Of a DNA stretch of 64,000 bases, positions 50,654 to 60,635 are shown piece after piece. The translations under genes were made by a program, and so were the position numbers. The stretch is from positions 86,444-150,443 of the forward strand of contig JBDRWW010000003.1 in the NCBI GenBank assembly GCA_039802605.1, written 5' to 3'. This DNA is from a candidate division WOR-3 bacterium (GTDB taxonomy: Bacteria; Hydrothermota; Hydrothermia; LBFQ01). The notes beneath the pieces are model-generated. The model saw nothing but the letters and a program-made list of their open reading frames with translations. It was not told the origin of the DNA and ran no database searches. Position 1 is the stretch's first letter. Each line of letters opens with the position of its first letter.

Positions 50654-51294
50654 TGTCGGATACCCTGTTGGTATTAACACTTTTAAGGTTGGGTGATGGA
50701 GATATGGCCCTTTTGGAAGCGAAAAGGATAAAAAACAACCTATACATGGCAAAGGCTTTGGCTTTAAAAGGCGATACAAACGAGGCAATAATGCTTCTGA
50801 CGGGCGAGAACTGCAATGAGAAAAGGTATAAACTCGTTTTGGCGGTTGCCAAGTTTATGCAAAACACGGCATACGAACTTCTAAACGATAGTACTTGCTT
50901 TTCCGAAGAGGATAGAGTCCTGACAGATGCGCACTTTTTAAGGTTTAGCGAACATCCCCTGTCGGATACTTTAAGGGGTATGCTTCCAAAACTTTTAAAT
51001 CCATCCTTGGCTTTGGTTATCTCATTGATTCCCGGTATGGGCATGGTTTATGCCGGAAGGCCTTGGCAAGGTATAAAAACATTTCTGGCAAATGTTGTGG
51101 GTATAGGGGGCATAGTCTATTCAATAAAGAACAAGCATTATGTTGATGCGGCAATATGGTACATCTTTTGGGAAAACAGATTTTACTTTGGCAGTTTCCA
51201 AAATACATTGAACGCGGTTTGGGAGGGGAATACGGAGAGGTTAAGGGCGTATTTTGAGTATATACAAAAGAGGCTTGAAGGAGGTGTTAGGTGA
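50653..51294 (+). CDS. Hypothetical membrane protein (helical N-region plus IPG.G..Y hairpin)
   Basis: ALVISLIPGMGMVYAG; probable GTG start overlapping the thiolase stop. Confidence 0.55.
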   Translation: MSDTLLVLTLLRLGDGDMALLEAKRIKNNLYMAKALALKGDTNEAIMLLTGENCNEKRYKLVLAVAKFMQNTAYELLNDSTCFSEEDRVLTDAHFLRFSEHPLSDTLRGMLPKLLNPSLALVISLIPGMGMVYAGRPWQGIKTFLANVVGIGGIVYSIKNKHYVDAAIWYIFWENRFYFGSFQNTLNAVWEGNTERLRAYFEYIQKRLEGGVR

Positions 51295-53099
51295 TATACG
51301 AATTTGCGGAATTCCTTTTAAGGCTTGGTATTTTGTCTTCTTTGATCGGTTTGGTTTTTTCGTTTTTAAGCATACGCATTTCTAAGTTTTTGATCGTCGT
51401 TTTGTCCCTTTCCATATTCCTGGCAAACGCGGTTCTACTTTATGCCCTCATTTCATCCGATTTCTCCTTGATTTATGTTATAAACTACACATCCAAAGAC
51501 TTGCCAACCTTTTATAAATTCACCGCTTGGTGGGGTGGTCAGGCGGGTTCTTTAATGTTCTGGCTTTTTATTTTAGGCGTTTATTCCCTATGGTTTTTAA
51601 GGCATATGGAAAGCAAATACTCATCATTTTTAGTCTTTATGACCTTTGCCTTTTTCCTTATAACCACAACATATTCCGCAAATCCCTTTGAAAGATTACC
51701 AATAAAAATGCCGGATGGTAGGGGATTAAACCCTTTACTGCAAAACATTTGGATGGCCGTACATCCCCCGTTGTTATACTTGGGTTATGTTGGGACCACA
51801 TTCCCGGCCGCCCTATCCCTTGAATCGGCGTTTAAAGGTTTTAGCCGCATTGGTATAGACAGAACGAGGTTTTGGGCTATAATCTCTTGGATGTTTTTAA
51901 CATTGGGTATTCTCTTGGGCGGTAGGTGGGCTTATCTTGAACTGGGTTGGGGGGGATATTGGGCCTGGGATCCCGTTGAAAATGCCTCCTTTTTCCCATG
52001 GATAACGTTAACCGCTTTAATCCATACATACTATTTAACACGCATGGGTTCCCATAAACTTTGGTTTTTCAATTTGGCATTTTTGAGTTATTCCCTTTCA
52101 ATAATCGGAACATTTTTAACGAGGAGTGGCATAGTTGAATCCGTCCACGCCTTTGCCTTTTCCGGTATAGGCCATTATTTCTTGGCATACATATCAATTA
52201 TCCTTATCATATTGCTTGTTGCAAACTTTGGCCTTTTCCGCTTTCGCACGTATAAAAATTACAAAACATTTTCAAGGGGTTGGTATTTAAGGGTTTCAAA
52301 CTACGTTTGGGTTATTATTCTCTTTGCGGTACTTTTCGGAACATTTTACCCCCTGATAACCGAAATGTTAGTCGGTGTTCAGATGAGTTTGGGAAAGGAT
52401 TATTATACATTTGCTACATCGCCGTTATTTGCCTTGATCTTATTGCTTTCCGTATTGGCCCTTGATTCCCCTTGGGACAAAACCAAACTATCCATAAAGA
52501 CTCTATATCTTATAACCTCCGCAATGCTATCCTTAATTCCCATATTCTTTACGAAAAACCCATACCTTTCCGTCGGCCTCTTTGTGGTCGTATATGCCTT
52601 ATTGCATATAGTGGATATAATTAAGAAAACATCCTTATCCCTTCCCTCAAACTTGGCGCATCTCGGTTTGATAATCACATCCCTTGGTATAGTTTTATCT
52701 TGGAACCTGGGGAAAAAGCACGAAATACCCTTTAAGGTAAATGAAAGCAAAAGGTTTTATTTGTTTGAACTAAAACACTTGGGATGGCAGGAATACAAGG
52801 GTAAAAACTACGAGGGGGTTTATGCGGTTTTAAATGTAAAAATGTTTGGAAGGGAACTCGGCGATATAATGGCCGAGAGGAGACTATACAACCCATCGGG
52901 TGAGGTGACATCGGAGGCGGGAATCCTTCCAATGCCACCATTTGGGGATTTGTATGCGGTTATACAGGGGGCGGAAGATGATGGAACTTTTTATTACGAG
53001 ATTTATTTTAATCCCGGGATACAGTTGGTGTGGATAGGACCTTTGATAATAGCATTTGCCGGGTTGATGGGGATTATCAGGAGAAATTCATCCGTATAA
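51291..53099 (+). CDS. ccmF: Cytochrome c heme lyase CcmF
   Basis: WGGQAGS, GLNPLLQ, HPP, WAYLELGWGGYWAWDPVENAS, SVHAF. Confidence 0.95.
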   Translation: MIYEFAEFLLRLGILSSLIGLVFSFLSIRISKFLIVVLSLSIFLANAVLLYALISSDFSLIYVINYTSKDLPTFYKFTAWWGGQAGSLMFWLFILGVYSLWFLRHMESKYSSFLVFMTFAFFLITTTYSANPFERLPIKMPDGRGLNPLLQNIWMAVHPPLLYLGYVGTTFPAALSLESAFKGFSRIGIDRTRFWAIISWMFLTLGILLGGRWAYLELGWGGYWAWDPVENASFFPWITLTALIHTYYLTRMGSHKLWFFNLAFLSYSLSIIGTFLTRSGIVESVHAFAFSGIGHYFLAYISIILIILLVANFGLFRFRTYKNYKTFSRGWYLRVSNYVWVIILFAVLFGTFYPLITEMLVGVQMSLGKDYYTFATSPLFALILLLSVLALDSPWDKTKLSIKTLYLITSAMLSLIPIFFTKNPYLSVGLFVVVYALLHIVDIIKKTSLSLPSNLAHLGLIITSLGIVLSWNLGKKHEIPFKVNESKRFYLFELKHLGWQEYKGKNYEGVYAVLNVKMFGRELGDIMAERRLYNPSGEVTSEAGILPMPPFGDLYAVIQGAEDDGTFYYEIYFNPGIQLVWIGPLIIAFAGLMGIIRRNSSV

Positions 53100-53107
53100 T
53101 ATTCTCC

Positions 53108-53542
53108 GTGTTTTTGAATAACGAGTTTTGGAGCATAGTTTTCTTGATAGTGGGGACAATTTTAATCATTTTGGAATTCGGTCTTCCCACAAACTTTGAA
53201 ATGTTTGCCTTTGGTTTGGGATTTTATACGCTTTCCGCCTTAACATTTTTTGGCGTAAATATCTGGATACAGATACTATGTTTTACGCTTGTGGTGGGTT
53301 TAACGATTTTCTTCGCTTATAAATTTGTCCGCAAGAGTACCGAAAGTGCGCAAGACTTTTCACCTTTTGCCTTGCGGGGTAGGGAAGGAAAAGTTGTTTT
53401 AATAGAAAACGATAAGGTTATAGTTAAGGTTGATGGGGAGGAGTGGTTGGCGGAAAGCAATGATATATTGGAAGTTGGAGATGTTGTGGTCGTCGTGGAT
53501 ATAAAAGGGGTTAAACTCATAGTTGAGAAAAAAAGGAGGTGA
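53108..53542 (+). CDS. NfeD-like membrane protein with C-terminal OB fold (YbbJ-like)
   Basis: TM helices, GREGKV, VDGEEWLA, VVVVDIKGVKLIV; GTG 53108 is 7 nt after TATAAT. Confidence 0.85.
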   Translation: MFLNNEFWSIVFLIVGTILIILEFGLPTNFEMFAFGLGFYTLSALTFFGVNIWIQILCFTLVVGLTIFFAYKFVRKSTESAQDFSPFALRGREGKVVLIENDKVIVKVDGEEWLAESNDILEVGDVVVVVDIKGVKLIVEKKRR

Positions 53543-53544
53543 GC

Positions 53545-54498
53545 ATGGGTGCCATAATTGGAATAATAGTAGCAATATTCTTGCTTTGGCTCGTTGTATC
53601 TTTTATTACGAGCACCGTAATAATCATAAGACCCTATGAAGCGGGTGTTGTTGAAAGGCTCGGAAGATACCATAGAACGCTCTATCAGGGTTTGCACTTT
53701 GTAATACCGTTCCTCGATAGGGTTATAAAAATTGATCTCAGGGAAAGGGTTGTTGATGTTCCACCACAAGAGGTTATAACCAAGGATAATGTTGTCGTAA
53801 CGGTTGATGGCATAATTTATTACAAGATTTTAAAACCGGAGGATGTGGTTTATAAGGTGCAAAACTTTCAGGCGGCGGCTATTGCCTTGGCGCAAACCAA
53901 CCTAAGGAATATAATAGGTGAGCTTACCCTTGACGAAACCCTAACGAGTAGGGAGATAATAAACACAAAGCTCAGGACGGTCTTGGATGAAGCCACGGAC
54001 GCTTGGGGTGTTAAGGTTACAAGGGTAGAATTAAAGAGGATAGACCCACCAAAGGATGTTATGGATGCCATGCACAAGCAGATGAAGGCGGAAAGGGAAA
54101 AGAGGGCGATGATTTTGGAAGCGGAAGGTTTTAGGGAATCCCAAGTAAAGAAGGCGGAAGGTGAAAAGCAGGCGAGGATATTGCAGGCGGAAGGTGTAAG
54201 GGAATCTCAAATATTGGAAGCGGAAGGTAAGGCAAAATCAATACAATTGGTTGCGGATGCCGAAAAGTACAGCATAATAGCGAGGGCACAGGGTGAGGCG
54301 GAGGCTATAAGGACCGTATTCGGTGCGATAAAGGATATTCAGCCCACAAAGGATATTTTGATGATACAATATTTCGAGACTTTAAAGAGGATAGCCGAAG
54401 GGCAAGCCTCAAAGATCTTTTTCCCCGTTGAACTTTCTTCCTTGGCCTCCGCCATTGGAATAATTGGCGAAAGCTTAAAGGAGAAAAAGGGAGAATAA
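53545..54498 (+). CDS. SPFH/stomatin family protein (QmcA-like)
   Basis: VVERLGRY, PPQEVITKDNV, WGVKVTRVE, QMKAEREKRA. Confidence 0.93.
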   Translation: MGAIIGIIVAIFLLWLVVSFITSTVIIIRPYEAGVVERLGRYHRTLYQGLHFVIPFLDRVIKIDLRERVVDVPPQEVITKDNVVVTVDGIIYYKILKPEDVVYKVQNFQAAAIALAQTNLRNIIGELTLDETLTSREIINTKLRTVLDEATDAWGVKVTRVELKRIDPPKDVMDAMHKQMKAEREKRAMILEAEGFRESQVKKAEGEKQARILQAEGVRESQILEAEGKAKSIQLVADAEKYSIIARAQGEAEAIRTVFGAIKDIQPTKDILMIQYFETLKRIAEGQASKIFFPVELSSLASAIGIIGESLKEKKGE

Positions 54499-54547
54499 AA
54501 ACAACCTTATAATACCCATTACGGGATAAGGAGCAAAGGAGGTAGTG

Positions 54548-54763
54548 ATGTCCCAGATGTACAAAGGTCAGGTGCGCTGGTTCAATCCCAAAAAAGGGTA
54601 CGGCTTCATAGATATGGATAGCGGCGAGTCGGTTTTCGTACACTTCTCCGACATAGAGGGTGAAGGTTATAAAACCCTTTATGAAGGGGAAGTGGTAGAA
54701 TTTGAAATAGTGGAAACCGACAAGGGAAAGAAAGCCGTACGTGTAAAAAGACAGCGCAGATAG
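54548..54763 (+). CDS. cspA: Cold-shock protein
   Basis: [30 protein letters not shown]. Confidence 0.95.
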   Translation: MSQMYKGQVRWFNPKKGYGFIDMDSGESVFVHFSDIEGEGYKTLYEGEVVEFEIVETDKGKKAVRVKRQRR

Positions 54764-54777
54764 GGGATTGAACCTAT

Positions 54778-54808
54778 TGGGGTGGGTTGAAACACACCCA
54801 CCCCATTT
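54778..54808 (+). terminator. Hairpin / probable terminator after csp
   Basis: TGGGGTGGGT-loop-ACCCACCCCA, then only TTT before the next ATG. Confidence 0.65.
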
Positions 54809-55633
54809 ATGAGAAACATTGTAATAACTTCTACCGTAATAGGGGTTATTTTAATTGCGTGTGGTCAAAGTATAGACTATACAAAGGCTAAGTTTGAGGA
54901 TATTTTCAGGCCTTATGAGGTTAAAAGTGGGTATATAAAATACAAGGTTTCTGGGGATGAAGAGGGGTACGAAGAGCTGTGGTGGGATGGATACGGACTT
55001 TATACGCACAAACATCGAAGTGTGGTAAACGTAAAATACGGAAATGTACCCGTAGAAGGCTGGGATATTTCAACCCCGGAATACATATACTCATACGGGC
55101 GGAGGTATGAAAAGAAGTTTATTAGGGAAAAATTAACATATGAATACACTCCCGATTCGATAGTAGGCTCAATGAGGCCAAACAACCTAATAATGATCTT
55201 GAAGAGCAAATGGGAGCGTATGACACCGGAACAAAGGAAAAAGTTGGGCCCGGCTATAAGTAAGTTTGCACGGGATTTGCAGTTGGGTATAGTTTATAAG
55301 GGGAAAATAACAAAACCCAACGAGTTATTTACAAAGAAGATAGCGGGTAGAAAGACGGATGTGTATAAGGTTAGGGGACAGGACATAAGGCTTTTCATAT
55401 GGAAAGGTATTCCTTTGGGTTGGGAGGTTGTAACCCAAGGGGGGTCATATACCCTAACCGAGGCCGAGGAGGTTAAAGAAAATATCAATGTTCCCGCCGA
55501 CAAATTCACCGCCTTACAGGGCCCAAAGGTTTTAACAAAGGTATATACCCAGGATTCCGTTGCGGTTCAACAGGAGAGGATATTGATAAACGAGTTGCTG
55601 AAAACTTACCTTCCTGAACTGTTTGAGGAATAA
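54809..55633 (+). CDS. Hypothetical lipoprotein
   Basis: Lipobox LIAC; KIAGRKT..Y and IWKGIPL. Confidence 0.65.
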   Translation: MRNIVITSTVIGVILIACGQSIDYTKAKFEDIFRPYEVKSGYIKYKVSGDEEGYEELWWDGYGLYTHKHRSVVNVKYGNVPVEGWDISTPEYIYSYGRRYEKKFIREKLTYEYTPDSIVGSMRPNNLIMILKSKWERMTPEQRKKLGPAISKFARDLQLGIVYKGKITKPNELFTKKIAGRKTDVYKVRGQDIRLFIWKGIPLGWEVVTQGGSYTLTEAEEVKENINVPADKFTALQGPKVLTKVYTQDSVAVQQERILINELLKTYLPELFEE

Positions 55634-56036
55634 ATTTTTAACGGGTTCCGAAGGGGAAACCCATCTACTCGGTTATTACATCGCTTGTAGGTTTAAAGGG
55701 ATTAAAACCTTTTTGCTCGTAGGGGATTTAGGGGTGGGTAAAACGGTCTTTGTTAGGGGGTTTTGTTCCTTTTATGGCATAGAATACATAAGAAGCCCCT
55801 CATTCTTAGTAATAAACAGGTATAACGGCATAAACCACGCCGATCTTTACAGGATTGATAGTTGGGAAGATATATACACTTCTGGGATTATGGAGATCCT
55901 TGATAGGGAGATTTTGTTGGTTGAGTGGGGGGAAAAGTTATTACCTTTTATAAAGGGTATCCCCTACATTTTGATAAGATTTAAGTCCATCAATGAGAAT
56001 ACCCGTGAGATTACGGTTGACCGAGTGCCCTCTTAA
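55623..56036 (+). CDS. tsaE: tRNA t6A biosynthesis ATPase TsaE
   Basis: GDLGVGKT, SPSF, HADLYRI, VEWG. Confidence 0.92.
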   Translation: MRNKFLTGSEGETHLLGYYIACRFKGIKTFLLVGDLGVGKTVFVRGFCSFYGIEYIRSPSFLVINRYNGINHADLYRIDSWEDIYTSGIMEILDREILLVEWGEKLLPFIKGIPYILIRFKSINENTREITVDRVPS

Positions 56037-56919
56037 CCCTCTCCAAGGCCTCTTTGGCCTTTTGGTGCTTGGGATCCACCTTTAAAGCCCTTTCAAAATA
56101 TATCCTTGCGCTGTAATAGTCCCCTTTGGAAAAGTAATCAAGTCCCCTCCTGTAAAAAGCCTCGGCCAAGGGGTCTGAATCGGTTTTTAAGGCTATTTCA
56201 AGTTTCCTTTGAACCAAATCCTTTTTTAAGGAAAGTTCCTTTAACCTTTTTTCGGCGTATTGTTTTAGAGGGACTTTTGGGGACTCAACGGTTTTTGAGA
56301 ATGCGTTCTCCGCCAATATAAACCTTCCCTTATCAATGCAAGAATACCCCCCCGAATTCCTCTTTTGAAAGAAATCCAAAAATTTTTTATTAACCCTAGC
56401 GTCTTTTATGGAATTCCAGAATTGCATTTCCCTTTCAATGCAAAACTTTTCAAGGTATAAGCTGTCCCCTTGCGAATAGTTCCTCATTTGACCGGCACAT
56501 ACCTGTAAAGCATCGTAATAGGACATTTGAGAAATCTTTGACTTCCAATCGGGTAGGGTTTTTGCCTTTTGTAATAATCCCCGCGATGTATCCCTTAAAT
56601 AAACCTCCCCCTCTATCTTTATGGACGACGGAAAAACCTCTATGGGTATGGGTGCAAAGTTTTCGCAATATAAAACCTTTTCTTCAATTGAGCAGTTTAA
56701 GTTTGTTTTACCCAAAAGGGAATTTAAAAACAACACCTCCTCAAACCTTTCATAGTTTATCACAAAATCTTTATAACCTTCAAAATTCCCCAGTTTCCAC
56801 CTTTCCAGGTTTTTTGAGATGATATTTCCCGTTTCCCCTTCCCTGAGGAAAAACCACCAAAACATCCCACCGGCTACCAAAAGCAAAGTAAAAACCAAGA
56901 TTATAAGGGATTTTTTCAT
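56011..56919 (-). CDS. Membrane-anchored protein with C-terminal TPR
   Basis: N-terminal TM; YRRGLDYFSKGDYYSARIYFERALKVDP. Confidence 0.65.
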   Translation of the reverse strand: MKKSLIILVFTLLLVAGGMFWWFFLREGETGNIISKNLERWKLGNFEGYKDFVINYERFEEVLFLNSLLGKTNLNCSIEEKVLYCENFAPIPIEVFPSSIKIEGEVYLRDTSRGLLQKAKTLPDWKSKISQMSYYDALQVCAGQMRNYSQGDSLYLEKFCIEREMQFWNSIKDARVNKKFLDFFQKRNSGGYSCIDKGRFILAENAFSKTVESPKVPLKQYAEKRLKELSLKKDLVQRKLEIALKTDSDPLAEAFYRRGLDYFSKGDYYSARIYFERALKVDPKHQKAKEALERVKRALGQP

Positions 56920-57881
56920 TACACTATCTGCAACATCCTTTCAACGGCCAACCTGGCCCTTTCCGCAATCTCTGGGGGAACCTTTACTTCATATACCTCT
57001 TCTTCCAAAGTTCTCAAAAGTTTATCTATGGTTATCATCTTCATATATTCGCATATCATATCCTCCCGTAAAGGCCTTATTTCCTTACCTTCCCCTTTGG
57101 TTTCCTTTTTTAACCTGTAAATTATCCCGGTTTCGGTGGCCACTATGAACTTTCTCTTATCCGATTCCTTTATGTGTTTAACCATTCCCCCCGTTGATAA
57201 AATGTGTAGGTCTATCTTCTGCTTTTCCCTCATATACATACAACTTGTAGTACATCCACACTCGGGATGAACCAAAAAGTCCGCATCCGGATTTTCCTTT
57301 ATGGCCTTTACTATATCGGATGGTTTTACCTTTGCATGCACATGGCATTCCCCCGGCCATACATGTATATTCTCCCTTTTGGTCACCTCCTTAACATACA
57401 TTCCGAGGTACATATCTGGTAGAAAGAGGATTTCTTTATCCTCGGGTATTGATTGAACAACCTTTACGGCATTTGATGATGTACAACAGTAATCCGAAAG
57501 GGCTTTAACCTCCGCTGTTGTATTAACATAAGATACCACTACCGCATCCGGATGTTTGGATTTCCATTCCTTTAACCGTTCGGCCGTTATGCTGTCGGCC
57601 AAGGAACAGCCCGCATTCGGATCCGGTATTAATACCTTTCTATCGGGTAAAAGTATTGCCGCCGTCTCCGCCATAAAATGAACCCCGCATACCACCACTA
57701 TCGGGTAATCGGTTTTTCTGGCTTCAAGGGCCATACCCAAAGAATCCCCAACATAATCCGCAACATCTTGAATTTCCGGCAATTGATAGTTATGGGCTAT
57801 TATATAAGCATTTTTTACCTTCTTTAACTCCAAAATCCTCTTTTGCATATCCTTTACGGTTTGCAGGTCAAGTTGCGTCAT
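56919..57881 (-). CDS. nadA: Quinolinate synthase
   Basis: AHNYQ, GDS, CGVHFMAETA, AGCSLA, CTSSNA, CHVH, HPEC, CEYMK. Confidence 0.96.
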   Translation of the reverse strand: MTQLDLQTVKDMQKRILELKKVKNAYIIAHNYQLPEIQDVADYVGDSLGMALEARKTDYPIVVVCGVHFMAETAAILLPDRKVLIPDPNAGCSLADSITAERLKEWKSKHPDAVVVSYVNTTAEVKALSDYCCTSSNAVKVVQSIPEDKEILFLPDMYLGMYVKEVTKRENIHVWPGECHVHAKVKPSDIVKAIKENPDADFLVHPECGCTTSCMYMREKQKIDLHILSTGGMVKHIKESDKRKFIVATETGIIYRLKKETKGEGKEIRPLREDMICEYMKMITIDKLLRTLEEEVYEVKVPPEIAERARLAVERMLQIV

Positions 57882-58014
57882 AAAGTATGTATTTTAAGGT
57901 TGAAAGTTTTGTATTAATTCCCGCAAACACAAAATAAAACCCTCTAAGCGGTTAAGTTATCTTATTTTTACACTTCTACAACGAAAGCCTTAAACAATGG
58001 GAAATTGAAGGCAC

Positions 58015-58044
58015 TTGAAATAAAACCCCATTCACCCTCATAAT
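58015..58044 (+). promoter_or_regulatory. Putative sigma70 promoter of nrdJ
   Basis: TTGAAA, 18 nt, CATAAT, 9 nt, ATG. Confidence 0.55.
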
Positions 58045-58053
58045 ATCAAACTT

Positions 58054-60399
58054 ATGATAAAGAGGGGTTATACGGATGAGCAATTTGAAGAGGCAAAGAG
58101 GTTTTTTGAAGGGGATGAGTTGAGAACAAAGGTTTTTTTGGATAAGTACGCCCTAAGGGATTATGACGGCAATGTGGTTGAAACTTCGCCCGAACAGATG
58201 TGGAGAAGGGTTGCAAGGGAAATAGCATCCGTTGAAAGGGATGAAGAGAATAGGAGGGTTTGGGAGGAAAGGTTTTACTGGATGTTAAAGGATTTTAAGG
58301 TTATTCCCGGTGGAAGGATAATGTTCGGGGCGGGCAATCCGAGAAAAGTCACATTAAAAAATTGCTATGTTATACCCATAAAGGAAGACTCAATTGAGGG
58401 TATATTTGAAGCCGCAAAGGAAATGGCAAAAACATATTCAAGGGGCGGTGGGGTTGGTATAGACATTTCGGTATTAAGACCCGCGGGTTCTCCCGTTAGG
58501 AATGCCGCCATTTTCTCAACGGGTGCGGTTAGTTTTATGGATTTGTTTTCACATGTGACGGGTACCATAGGGCAGCAGGGTAGGAGGGGGGCATTGATGA
58601 TAACCATAAACGACAACCACCCCGATCTACCCGAATTCATAACAATAAAAAACGACCCGGAGAGGAGAAGGGTTAGGTATGCAAACATATCCATTAAAAT
58701 AACAGAAGAGTTTATAAAGGCGGTTGAGAACGACGGGGAATGGGTTATGTGGTTTGAGAGCCCCGAGGTTAAAAGGGTGGAGAGGAGAATGCCTGCAAGG
58801 GAAATATGGGATATGATAATAAAGAACGCCTGGGCATCGGCCGAGCCCGGTATAATCCTTTGGAGTAATGTAAAGAAATACGATACCGGTTGGTATTGTG
58901 CCCCCGTTATAAGCACAAATCCATGCTCAGAAATTCCCCTTGAACCTTATGGGGCGTGTAATCTATCAAACATAAACCTCTCATATTTTGTCTTAGACCC
59001 CTTTACCGATAACGCCCGCATAGATTACGAAAACCTAGAAAGGGCATTGAGGTATAATGTAAGGTTTTTGGACAACATAAACGATTACAACCTAGAAAGG
59101 GAACCGTTGCCCGGCCAAAGGGAGGCATCAATTAGGAGGAGGAGAATAGGTGTAGGGTTTACGGGCTTGGGGGATATGCTCGCAAAATTGAGGTTGAAGT
59201 ACGATACGGACGAGGCCGTTGATTTTGTTGATAAACTTTTCAGGTGGATAAAGCACATAGTTTATGATGAGGGGGTTAATTTGGCGAAAGAAAAGGGCAG
59301 TTTTCCGGACTTTGACCCGGATAAGCACCTTGAAAACCCATACTTTAACGATTTTGATGATGAACTTTTGGAAAAGATAAGGAAATACGGTTTGAGAAAT
59401 GTGGCGTATTTAACCGTTCCACCCGTGGGTTCGGGATCGGCTTTGGCGGGAGTATCTTCCGGAATAGAGCCTATATTTGCACTATATTATATAAGGAGGA
59501 GTGAAAGCCTTTCTCAGGAGTATTTTAGGGTTTATCACCCTCTGGCAAAGGAATATATGGAGATTTTTGGATTAAAGGATTTGGAAGAGGACGAGTTCCC
59601 CGATTACTTTATAACGGCGCACAAAATAAATCCCGAAAAGAGGGTTGAAATGCAGGCGGTTATACAAAAGCATATTGATCAATCGATTTCCTCAACCATA
59701 AACCTTCCAGAAGATACCAAACCCGAGGAAATAGGCAAGATTTATTTCTTGGCGGCAAAGAAGGGTTTGAAAGGCGTTACCGTATATAGGGAGGGTTCAA
59801 GGGAAGGCGTTCTCATCACGGAAAAGAAGGCCAAAGAAAGGAAAGTTATACGGGTTGAAGGGAAAATCTTGCCCAAACCCAGGCCATATGTTATGGTGGG
59901 GAAGACTTATAGGTTTAAGACGGATATGGGAACGGTTTATATAACGGTTAATGCCGAAAACGGAAACGGTCCAAGGGAAGTGTTTATACATCTCGGTAAA
60001 TCGGGTTCTTCAATAATGGCAATGTCTGAGGCGATAGGTAGGCTTATATCCTTGGCTTTGAGGAGTGATATATCCCCCGATGCCATTATACACCAGTTGA
60101 AAGGGATAAAATCCTCATCACCCGTTAGGCAACCCGATGGCACGCTAATATGGTCCGTACCCGATGCTATAGCGAGGGCTTTGGAAGAGTTCATAAAAGG
60201 TGGGAATGAAAGGGAGGGGGTGAAGGTTTTTATAACAACGAAGGCGGTAAGTGGGGAGGGAGTAAAGTTTGAACCCGAGGTTATTACAGAAGACGGGGAT
60301 ATTTTGGAGGTTGCCGTATGTCCGGAATGCGGTGATAAGCTTGTAAATGAAAACGGATGTTGGATGTGTAAAAACTGCGGATATACAAAGTGCGATTAA
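58054..60399 (+). CDS. nrdJ: Class II (adenosylcobalamin-dependent) ribonucleotide reductase with C-terminal TSCPD/Zn-ribbon region
   Basis: NCYV, GGGVG, QQGRRGALM, TNPCSE, ACNL, SSGIEP, ISSTIN, KGVTVYREGSR; C-terminus CPECG...GCWMCKNCGYTKC. Confidence 0.93.
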   Translation: MIKRGYTDEQFEEAKRFFEGDELRTKVFLDKYALRDYDGNVVETSPEQMWRRVAREIASVERDEENRRVWEERFYWMLKDFKVIPGGRIMFGAGNPRKVTLKNCYVIPIKEDSIEGIFEAAKEMAKTYSRGGGVGIDISVLRPAGSPVRNAAIFSTGAVSFMDLFSHVTGTIGQQGRRGALMITINDNHPDLPEFITIKNDPERRRVRYANISIKITEEFIKAVENDGEWVMWFESPEVKRVERRMPAREIWDMIIKNAWASAEPGIILWSNVKKYDTGWYCAPVISTNPCSEIPLEPYGACNLSNINLSYFVLDPFTDNARIDYENLERALRYNVRFLDNINDYNLEREPLPGQREASIRRRRIGVGFTGLGDMLAKLRLKYDTDEAVDFVDKLFRWIKHIVYDEGVNLAKEKGSFPDFDPDKHLENPYFNDFDDELLEKIRKYGLRNVAYLTVPPVGSGSALAGVSSGIEPIFALYYIRRSESLSQEYFRVYHPLAKEYMEIFGLKDLEEDEFPDYFITAHKINPEKRVEMQAVIQKHIDQSISSTINLPEDTKPEEIGKIYFLAAKKGLKGVTVYREGSREGVLITEKKAKERKVIRVEGKILPKPRPYVMVGKTYRFKTDMGTVYITVNAENGNGPREVFIHLGKSGSSIMAMSEAIGRLISLALRSDISPDAIIHQLKGIKSSSPVRQPDGTLIWSVPDAIARALEEFIKGGNEREGVKVFITTKAVSGEGVKFEPEVITEDGDILEVAVCPECGDKLVNENGCWMCKNCGYTKCD

Positions 60400-60425
60400 A
60401 TCTTTCGGCATTATAATATCCGGTT

Positions 60426-60635
60426 ATGGCACATGTAGGAGTTAAGTTGCAGGAAGGGGAAAACTTTGACCAACTTTTGAGAAGGTTTAAAAAGGTTGTA
60501 GGTAGGGAAAACATACTAAACGAGTACAGGAAACATTTGGTTTATGAAAAGCCATCCGAGATTAGGAAGAAGCGCGAAGCCCAGAGGTTAAGGAAAATCC
60601 GTAGGAAACTCCAAAAGATGTTGGAGGAGGAGTAA
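60426..60635 (+). CDS. rpsU: 30S ribosomal protein bS21
   Basis: ENFDQLLRRFKK...YEKPSEIRKK. Confidence 0.92.
   Translation: MAHVGVKLQEGENFDQLLRRFKKVVGRENILNEYRKHLVYEKPSEIRKKREAQRLRKIRRKLQKMLEEE

Noticed and set aside
57882..58053. NrdR boxes, cobalamin riboswitch or sRNA in the nadA-nrdJ intergenic region
   Set aside because: No convincing NrdR palindrome or riboswitch core is visible, and both genes look near-leaderless. An Rfam scan would be needed to exclude an sRNA.
38324..60399. Inteins in dnaB or nrdJ
   Set aside because: Lengths are normal, motifs are contiguous, and there are no C...HN splice motifs.
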